Translations under genes and position numbers: made by a program
Notes under the pieces: generated by a model
The model's input: only the letters and a program-made list of their open reading frames with translations
Databases searched by the model: none
Told to the model about the DNA's origin: nothing
NCBI RefSeq assembly: GCF_000142905.1
Contig: NW_013657667.1
Coordinates: 192,801-256,748 of the forward strand
Length of the DNA: 63,948 nt
Source: Thecamonas trahens ATCC 50062
Lineage: Eukaryota; Protista; Apusomonadida
Reading direction: 5' to 3'
Part shown: one piece after another, positions 55,397-63,948 of the stretch
Position numbering within the stretch: the stretch's first letter is position 1
Layout of the letters: each line of letters opens with the position of its first letter

Positions 55397-56723
55397 TTAC
55401 AATTCATCGGTGGGAGCATCCTCGCCATCGGCATCATCAGCCTCGACAGACTTGGCAGCCTCATCCTCGCCCTCCGAGTAGGCATACAGCTCGCCGAGCT
55501 CGCCACGGACGGCAGCGGTGAGGAGCGAAGCGCCGAGAACGGCCGGGACGAGGTAGAGGAGCGCAGGCTGGGCGGCGGCCCAGACGTGCATGATGACGAC
55601 GGTAGTGACGAGGCCGGCAAATAGGCGGCAAAAGTGACCCAGAAGTAGAGCCGCGACTGGCCGTTGGAGCGGAAGGCGTCGAAGCGGAGGAGCATGGCAA
55701 TGACAATGCCCGGAATGACAATGTCGCCGAGGCCCAGCAGCGAGAGGTTCGACGACGGGTTGGTGAGAACGGCGCGCGGGAACTTGACGGCGATCGGAGC
55801 CTGCAGGCCGCGGGCGACCTCGACCATGGTCGACGAACCGAAGATGAGGTGCGAGTAAAAGACATGGAAGATGTCGTAGACAAAGAGGCCGCAGAGAAGA
55901 ATAGTGGCCGTAGAGAATGAGCCAATCGAGAGCGAGCGGGTGCCCTCGATAGCAAAGGCAAGCGCAACGAGATTGTTGGCCACCCAGTGCTTGTACACCG
56001 CGTACCACACCCCAGCGACTGACGAGACAGCCAGCGCCATCAAATCCAGGTTGGTGAACGAGATCGACGTCTTCTCCGCGCTCGAGTTCCACGGCGTCAG
56101 GTTGATCTTGATCTCGTACTCGGTCTCATCCTGGTGCCGGAGGGCCGCAAACTGAAGAAGCAGCGGCTTGACAAAGGCAGACATGATGGCGAGGATACCA
56201 ATGCCCACAAAGTACGCCGTGAGCACGTAGTTGACGTACTCCTTAAGCTTGAAGACCTTAAACAGAACAAAGAGCGTGATGAGCACGCCCGAGCCGATAA
56301 TGGGAAACATCTTGGCGTCGTCGGCGGTCATGGCCTCGGCATGGGTCACCTCGCCCTCCTCCGACTTGGTCACTCCGCCAGGGCCGATGGCCGCCAGCGA
56401 GAGGACAGAGCCTACATAAATAGGCACCACAGCCATGGCTCCCAGTGCGCAATACGCAAGCACGAGCTCAATGCCAAGCGGAATCTCTGCGCCCCCAGCC
56501 GGCATGTGTATGAGTGTGTGACCAGCGCCAGCGGATCGACTGACTACGAGGGGAGGGAGGGAAGGGGACAGGGAGGGCGAGAGAGAGGAGAGGGCGTACC
56601 CTTGGGAGGAGACGGAGTTGGTGCCGTGGTGGTCTCGCCCTCAGCGTCTGTTGCAATCACATTGCAGGTCAGTGCGAGGAGCACAAGCCCGGCCGCAGCC
56701 ACGAGCTGCGTCGATGAGGTCAT
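55397..56723 (-). CDS. HM13: Signal peptide peptidase (GxGD aspartyl protease); exon 1 56723..56600, exon 2 from 56486, -1 frameshift near 55620
   Basis: YD (LFVYDIF), LGLGDIVIPG and QPALLYLVP (the last in the shifted frame), with a phase-1 intron GTACGC...CAG. Confidence 0.88.
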
Positions 56724-57616
56724 GGTGGCGAGTGCGGTGGGCAAAGGAAACGAAATGCCGAGCCGAGTCGCCCAACGCCGACCGGCTGACATGAACGCGG
56801 TCGCAGCAAAAGTATCGGCCGACGACTAGCATACGACAACCACCAACCATGTGCTACAATAGCAGACAGTCGAGGCCGGTGCTAGCAATTCCATTCCTCC
56901 TCAGCTCCCTTGCTTGGGATCAGGCTCTTGCTTGCAGTCCCAGGGAAGATTCAGGAGTCGCTGGCTTTGGGCGCGGGCAGCGACATCATGTCGATACATG
57001 GTCGGTTCACCACTCCCGGGCATACGGACCACATCCGATCCAAACGAGGTGACGAGTCGCATTGATGAGATGAAAGCAAAAGTGTGTCGTGTGTCTCTAT
57101 CTCATCGACTCGGTAGCCAGCAACACTTTACTTCGGATGTCGTCTTTGTCGTCTTTGTCGTCGTCCTCAGCCACCATGTCGAACTCCGACTCCAACTGGT
57201 CCTCAACAGGGCTCAAGTCCATGAACGTCACTGGCGACGACGCCAGCATGAGCTCCTCCGAGCTAAGCTCCTCGAGTACGGCAATATGGGCAGGAGGGGG
57301 GGGAGATCGAAGGAAGCAGCCAGCGGATATGCGACCGCAACCCTTTTCTCTAGACGCGCACACTAGAGGGCACACTGGGGATTGCATTTTTTTTGGGGGG
57401 TCAACCCCAGACCAAGCCACCCTTCAGCAGCGCAAAGTACCCCCCCACACACACACGGAGAGACATGCAAGTCAACTGCACTATATGCGTGTGCCATACT
57501 ACGCCGCTAGCGGCGCAGCCCTTTTCGGGGTGAGACTCACCGTGTAACGCGTTGTAGCCGGCGCCGGCAAACGAGGACAAACTGCATCGAGGCAAAAGCG
57601 CAACAAGCGCAAAGGT

Positions 57617-60600
57617 GTGGCCAAAAAGGCCGTGACCAAGAGGGCGGTTGCAAAGGACAAGAAAAAGAAGCCGGAAGGGGTGGGCAAGAAGGCAGGAGCG
57701 GGCGATGCCGACACCGCAACCGGTGTCGACAGCGAGGGGCAGACGATCACGGCCACCAGCACGGTCCAAAACGCTGAAGCCATTGTCGAGTACATTGAGA
57801 TGGTGGCCAAGTCCGAGAAGCTGCCCAAGTTGGTGCAGAACAAGGTGCAAACAGCCAAGGAAAAGATTCGCGCGTTCAACAACGAGCCTGCAGTGGTGGT
57901 CGTGACGGGCGCTGCTGGCATCGGCAAATCATTCCGCTGCAACCTCCTGGTCGCGCCGGCGGTGACTGTGGCAGCAAGCATGTTTCCGGACCAGACCCTT
58001 GATGAGCTCTCTGACGAGGACAGGCAGCGGGTGATGGAGAACGTCGGCACGCTGCCTCTTCCGTCCGCAGCATCGAACCGCCCGATCACCGAGCTAGTCA
58101 CCCATCTCGTGTTTGGAAACGAGTTTGCCATCCGGGTGGTCAAAACGAGTCTCGACGAGCACGAGGAGGTGATCGAGGAGACAGCAGCCGAAGGTGGGCT
58201 CCTGGCCATGCCGGACCTTGTCCGTCGAGCCTTTAACACCCACGGCAACCATTTGGCAAGCAGCCAACGCCGTGCCAACGAAGGCGATCTGCGGGTGGAG
58301 GTCGTTGGTCCGTGGGCTACCGGGCCACGGGTCGTTCTCATCGACCTGCCTGGAAACCACTCGGAGACGGTAGACACGATGGGTCATCGAGCCATTCTCA
58401 AGGCCGACGTTGTAGTCCTTGCGACCGGAACGTCGCGAGTGGCGGCGCCTGAGCTGGTGGCCAAAATCGTCAAGGTTCGGACCCAATCCGGGATGACGAC
58501 GGCCGCGCCGGTCCTCACCAACGTCTACACGCCCGAGAACAACAAGGATGATGCCGAGGACCCGTCGGCTATCCTCCGCAGCAACATCCTGACCTGCGCC
58601 ATCTCGGTCGACGCCGAGACGTCGACCGCCGGATCAACCTCGAGTGTGGCCACAGCGGCGAGCGAGGGGCCGACGATCGCATCAACAGGCGACCACTCTG
58701 GCAACCAATACGTATTTCTCAACTCGCTTGCCCACAAGGCCAAAGCGGTTGACTCAAGCAAGCTCTTTTCGCGGTACCCAACCCAGCAAGATCGAGTCGA
58801 GTACGCGGCAACCGTCGACGCCGCCCAAAAGTGGCTGACCGAGACCATCGATCAAGCCATCGCGCACCGTGTCTACTACGCCACCATGCCAGTTCATCAA
58901 GCTGTCCAGGCTGCACGCCGACCGAAGATTCCTAACAACATCAAGGACATCCGCGAGCGGGTCATGACGCGGACAGGCAAGCGGAAGGCCGTCAAGCGCA
59001 AGCGTGACTCGGATCGCAACGAGCTCAGGGACGACGCCGCTCGCACTACTGAGGCCATCATCAAGGACAAGCCCCTCGAGCCCGACTACAGCAAGCAAGT
59101 ACTCGAGACCTTTCTTGGCCGCAACACCAAAGAGGACGATGAGGTGGCTGCGTTTGTCGACAAGTACGTCGAGGCTGCCAAAAAGCCGCCCCGCGCATCT
59201 CACCCCATCAACGTCAGCAACATCAAGAGTGTCTTTGACAAGATCATGGACGTCACCGGCTCAGTCCTCATCAACAAGCTCAACATGATCCAGGCCGAGG
59301 CGACCAAGGAGGTGAAGAAAGCCCGCTCCGAGGCCGGCCTCGCGTTCGTTGACGCCGAGAACACCTCATCCATCATGCCTACCGTTCATGTCAACAAGAT
59401 CAGCCTCGACGTTCGCACCACCTGGTCCAAGCAAGTGTCGGAGGGTATCATCAGCATGCTTCGTACGGAGCTGACCAACTTTACGAGTGGCAGTGACCCG
59501 GATGTGAGCCTTGCTGCCCGGGCCCGGTTGACCGACCGTCTCTACGCCAACATCGCCAACATCATCAAGGAACCACTCCAGTGCTACCACGACCTTGTGG
59601 TCGCTTTTCGCGGGAAGCAAAGCAGACCATCGTCGACACCATGGTTGACGCCCTCGAGGAGTTCATGCCGCAGGAAGCAAGTGAGGACAAGCGGAGCCCG
59701 GCCATGATCGGGCTCGACAAGAGGATGAAGGAGATCAACAAGCACCTCCAGGAGTGGCGCAAGAAGATCGAGGCTGGAAACGATCCCAGTGCCACTTTCA
59801 TCGACCTCATTCACGCCTCGGCCTCGCCACCCATCATCTTTGAGAAGCTCACCGGTGAGCTGAGCAACGTCAGCATGGATCGCGAGTCGCTGTTCAACGA
59901 GCCTTCGATTGATCTCTGTCTCAAGCTCACCAATGCACCTCCCACCGACGTCCGCCACTCCCCCATTCTACAGCTCAACATCACTCAGAGTTCACACAGC
60001 GCACGTGTGACGCTGACGCTTGACGCCGCCATCGGCGGCTCACCACTCGTGGCCGAAGAGTTTGCGCGCCTCTGCAAGCAGCACGTCGCCAAAACCCTCA
60101 CTGAGCGTGGCCCGATGATTGCCTCGCCGATCGCCCTCTCTCTGCCTCACGAAGCACCTGCCACAGCTGCAGATGCCCAAGCTATCTACACCGACAAGCT
60201 CAAATCACAGCAGTCGTGGCTGGCCCGCGTTCTGTCAGAGGACGAGGCCGAGATCTCGCGATTTGTTTTCGTCGGGCCCACACTGACCTGGGTGCAGGGT
60301 TTTGTGGACTTTCTCGACGCGCAAGGGATGCAGAACGTGGTGGACACCGCCTTCTTTATCGTTGCCGACGCCGCAAGCGCCTCGTACATGGAGGCAGCAC
60401 TCGTCTCGGCCTGGCTCTCGCTCGGATCGTCGATCCTGGCCGATCTGGTCCGGAACAACAGCACCTTTCCGCCCGCACCGCATACGATCAAGGCCACGCC
60501 CAGCCTTGACGAGGCCAAGTCATGCTACGCGCCTGTTGTCGACCTCAACACCGCTCGCTTTAGCGAGTACCGCCCGCTGTCCCTCCAGTGGACAAAGGCG

Positions 60601-61506
60601 ACAGTCGTCCGCGCGGTCAAGTACATCTCCACCGCCGCCACAGTCAACCTCCATCGACGGCGCGCGCGCACCACTCGCATCATTCACAGCTCGGCCGACT
60701 CGATCTTGAAGTCAAGCTGCCCGCGCGATGTCCTCAACACTGTTGTCGCGGCCACAAGGGACTCCGATACCCAGCAGACGCTCGACGAGCTGGCAAAGGT
60801 CCTGGAGTTTGTCAAGTCGCGCGCCGCTGAGGATCCATCCCTCACCCCAATCGCCGCAAGCATCAACGACGTCCTTGGACGTGCCCTTCCCTCAGTCATT
60901 GGCCTCGGGCACGCCAAGTTTGTCAAGAGTGTCCTCATCCGCCAGTACCCGTACCTCAGCATCTCGAAGAAGTCCGAGTACAAGCCGGTTCAGGGACTCA
61001 TCATGTTTCGCGCCGATAAGGCGCTCCGCTACATTCCGCGGCGCCAAGCCCTCCCAACCGATCCGAACAAGGACATCCATGAGCTCCGCCGAACTTCGTA
61101 CGCCATGCTCAACAAGAACATGCTGCTAGACAAGGACGCATGGGGCATCTCCCTCCTTGTCTGGTCCGCCTTTGCCACCACGCGCGTCCCGCCCAACGCG
61201 CCGGCCGCTTCACCCCGCAAGCGCCCGCACAAGCGCAAGGCGGCCTCGACCAAGTCCAGCAGCCCGGTCCCAAAGAAGCGGCAGAAGATGCGCTTGCCGT
61301 CCGCCGAACCCGAACTCACGGACGTCGGCAGCTCGTCGCACCCCATCGTTCTTGACGACTGGGATCAAGACGTCGCAGCCGCGAGCGCGCCAACGACGCA
61401 CCCTCGAGCCCCTGGCGCCTCTTCTGGTACCACGACCACAGTCATCCGTCGCCGCCGTCGCCGTCGCAAGGGCAACCGCGTGTCAAAGAAGACAACCAAG
61501 AAGTAG
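57617..61506 (+). CDS. Large dynamin-like (NUGGC/bacterial DLP-like) P-loop GTPase fused to an unknown C-terminal domain (-1 frameshift near 59605-59620; 5' end uncertain)
   Basis: G1 GAAGIGKS, G2-like LPSAASNRPIT, G3 VVLIDLPG, a helical stalk and several NLS-like basic clusters. Confidence 0.65.
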
Positions 61507-61800
61507 TTCTCACCCACTTCTCATCTCTCTCATTCACAGCACTAAACTCACTTTCTCCACACAGTTTGCTGTGGCATGACGCGCAGCTTTGAGACCCGTA
61601 GCGAGTCTCAAACACATCATCCCACCGCTGCCGTAGCAAGACTGGTCAATCGACAAAGAAATATAGTTCTCGCCGTAGTTCTTGCCACTACTCTTCTTCC
61701 AGATATCAAAACATAGCTGATCACAACCCAGAACAATTCACAATTCTTCATGCAGCTTGTCACAAGTAGCTTGCTTCTTTTGGTGATCAACCGGCAGTGA

Positions 61801-62333
61801 ATGTCCAGCGACGCCTACCAGTACGATCAAAACGTGTCTTGGGACGCCGAAACGTGGATAATGGCGACCCTTGTTGCGCTTTGCGCACATGGCGCCTCTG
61901 TTTGCGGTCTGGAAAGAGAAGCTTGTTGTTGGTCACGCCAACTTTATCACCAACGCCAGCGGCTTTGTGCAGAATGTGATCTTTGGCTACATGGGGCTCG
62001 AGTACGCAGCGCCTGGATGTGCGTTGCTTCGGCCAGTGCTTCCTGCAGGTGGGTACGGCTACTGGGACGAGGAGGCCAACCAAGGTCAACGTGACTGGCC
62101 TCTATCTTGGTGGAGTCGTCTTCGGGATTGGATATGACGCTCAGTCGGCCGTCTTGTCGTGGGAGGCTGGCAGGTCGGGCGGGCCAGGGGAGGCGCTGGA
62201 GGTGTACATAGCCGGCGAGCGCGGTGGCATGCTCTCAGCATCATCGCCCATACTCTCGTTCACGATGAACGGCGAGCACATTGCGCCGGTGGTGTCTGGG
62301 GGACTAGGCTCGAACGCGTGCGCTGGCGGTTGA
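61801..62333 (+). pseudogene. Decayed GH65 (PGGHG/acid-trehalase-like) fragment
   Basis: Motifs lie in three frames: SSDAYQYDQNVSWDAETWIM, FAVWKE..HANFITNASGFVQNVIFGYMG and KVNVTGLYLGG. Most of the catalytic barrel between them is missing. Confidence 0.6.
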
Positions 62334-63847
62334 GCGTGAAGCAGGGAGAGATGAAGCGAGGCCGCTGTACAGAGGGCGTTAGAGTACTGTGCGTCGTTGT
62401 GCCAAACCAGAGTGGAATCGCCGTCCGTAATGGCAACGGCGCACGACGAGGCGACAGTGAGTGCTACCAAATCGCTGGCGAGCACGTCGAGGGTGGCGAG
62501 CGGGACAAGATCGGGGAAGGACCAAAGGCGGGTAGCGCCAGAGACGTCGACCGAGAGGGCACGAGATGGCGCCAGCAAGTGAACGGCAGCAATGACATCC
62601 GCGTGAGCGTTTGTCACCGACGAAGCGACGGCGCTCGTCTCGAGGACAACGACAAAGAGCGAGGAGGAGCGAGCGACTAGCGCGTAGTGCCCAACGTCAT
62701 CGGCGGTGACAGCCGAGACAGCACCTGGGCGGGTCTTGTGACGGAGCGTGATACGTGAACGCGGCGGGGGCGGAGGCAATTCGTGGCGCGGCGGTGTGTG
62801 CGACGGCTGATGATCGGTCTGGGAGAGGAGCTGAAAGGTGGAGAGATCCCAGACGAGAAGGCCTGCGTCGGCGTCGCCGGAGAGGAGGCGAGGAGGGCCG
62901 GGGACGATGAATAGGGCGGTGATCGGAGCCGGATGCGCCGTCAGCGACGTCACCGGGCGAAGCGTTTCCAGCGAGTAGAGCCAGATGACATCCGAGTCCT
63001 CGGCGGCAGTGGCAAGGAGTGAGGAGCCAGTGACGAGGATCATGGCTGTGAGCGGGGCATCGGCGTCACGGCGCTGGATGTATGCGTCCACCATGGCGAG
63101 CGGCTCGTCGCTAGGTTGGGAAAGATAGGCATCGGCAGGGAGCGCATCAAGATGAACAAGGCCGAGGTGACCATCCGAGGTAGCGAGAACGAGACGGGCG
63201 GTGTGAGGGCATGAGGTGACGGAAGCAACACCCGCGCGCACCAGCAGTGATGCGTAGCGGGTCCACGGCGGTAGTGACATAAAGGGGGTGCATGCCGTAT
63301 GCGCAGCAGGCATAGTGGGAGACCAGAGGCTGAGCTGAGCGTCCGAGGCGCCGGTGACAAGGGTGGGGACCACGCCTGGCGAGTGGGCGAGGGCAAGGAC
63401 GGCGACGGCGGCGGCGTGGGCGGCAGGATGGCAGGCGATAACCGCGCCCGATTCGGGGCTCCACAGTGCAACAGCTCCGGATCGGTGTCCTGTGGCGATG
63501 AGCGTCGGGTTGGGGACAGCGACAAGGGCGGTGACGGCGCCCAAGTCGAGTGGAGGCGGCGCGGTGAGGAGAGCCAGGCGCGACGGGAGCTGCGGCAGGG
63601 TAGCGGGCACGACAACCGGTTGCGGAGGCGGGGGCGGCGAAGGTGCAGAACGGCCCAGCGTCCATGCACGGGCGCGAGCACGCCACGAAGATGGGTTATG
63701 CGGCTGTACTGGTGGGTGTGTTGGCGGAGAGGACGCCCGCGGTGGCGGCGGCGAGGCTGCGCGTGACGGCGACGGGGCGGCAGGGGTGGCGGGCGGCGAT
63801 GATGGAGGGGACGGCTCGAAGAGCGAGCGCAGCCATGCGGCAGCCAT
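62141..63847 (-). CDS. WD40-repeat protein with a Pro-rich N-terminus
   Basis: Repeats such as AH...LVTGASDAQLSLW and AHPAPITAL...LLSGDADAGLLVWD. Confidence 0.75.
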   Translation of the reverse strand: MAAAWLRSLFEPSPPSSPPATPAAPSPSRAASPPPPRASSPPTHPPVQPHNPSSWRARARAWTLGRSAPSPPPPPQPVVVPATLPQLPSRLALLTAPPPLDLGAVTALVAVPNPTLIATGHRSGAVALWSPESGAVIACHPAAHAAAVAVLALAHSPGVVPTLVTGASDAQLSLWSPTMPAAHTACTPFMSLPPWTRYASLLVRAGVASVTSCPHTARLVLATSDGHLGLVHLDALPADAYLSQPSDEPLAMVDAYIQRRDADAPLTAMILVTGSSLLATAAEDSDVIWLYSLETLRPVTSLTAHPAPITALFIVPGPPRLLSGDADAGLLVWDLSTFQLLSQTDHQPSHTPPRHELPPPPPRSRITLRHKTRPGAVSAVTADDVGHYALVARSSSLFVVVLETSAVASSVTNAHADVIAAVHLLAPSRALSVDVSGATRLWSFPDLVPLATLDVLASDLVALTVASSCAVAITDGDSTLVWHNDAQYSNALCTAASLHLSLLHAQPPAHAFEPSPPDTTGAMCSPFIVNESMGDDAESMPPRSPAMYTSSASPGPPDLPASHDKTAD

Positions 63848-63948
63848 GCCCACGGGTTGGGAGGGTGGTGGGGAGGGGCGGGAGAAAAGTGCTTAATTTG
63901 GGATTGGTTGTTGGTTGTTGGGGGTGGGGCTAGGGACGGGGGGGGGGG

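Noticed and set aside
55183-55620. Apparent SPP-calponin fusion in the 440-aa ORF
   Set aside because: It is an artefact of the -1 frameshift. The true SPP ends at 55397 (QPALLYLVP...TDEL), and calponin starts at its own ATG at 55314.
57097-57420. 107-aa minus-strand acidic ORF
   Set aside because: It has no ATG start and no recognisable motif, so it cannot be supported.
56830-62140. Mobile element carrying the GTPase gene
   Set aside because: I found no transposase, integrase, terminal inverted repeats or target-site duplication by eye.

Overview
Gene-dense, GC-rich nuclear DNA of a flagellated unicellular eukaryote. The style (few introns, microsatellite-rich spacers, FG-GAP receptor genes) suggests an apusomonad such as Thecamonas, but that is inference and is not verified. 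It is a draft assembly with two 100-N gaps. About 33 protein-coding loci can be supported. I reconstructed 10 GT-AG introns by hand; this revealed a two-exon NDUFB4 gene missing from the ORF track, a mitochondrial presequence on a type III glutamine synthetase, and signal-peptide exons. Recognisable genes include WDR90 and CFAP20DC (head-to-head, both with a CFA20 domain), a Ctr copper transporter, a RidA-family deaminase, an aquaporin, GSIII, MED13, an F-box protein, SWEET, WAPL, a Qc-SNARE, a GH27 alpha-galactosidase, a calponin-like protein and signal peptide peptidase. Seven genes are split by small frameshifts, mostly -1 at short homopolymers, which are probably sequencing errors. The best novelty candidates are: a virus/bacterium-type pyrimidine-dimer DNA glycosylase; a ~1300-aa dynamin/NUGGC-like GTPase fused to an unknown, possibly glycosyltransferase-like, domain; a tandem pair of orphan hydrophobic paralogues; a bacterial-type secreted propeller plus helical-barrel enzyme; a C2H2 factor with a His-rich metal-binding tail; a pseudo-cyclase receptor; and an FG-GAP multi-pass receptor carrying a 114-bp self-templated insert. 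No rRNA, tRNA, CRISPR array or transposase was recognised. All family calls come from motif recognition by eye; no searches were run.
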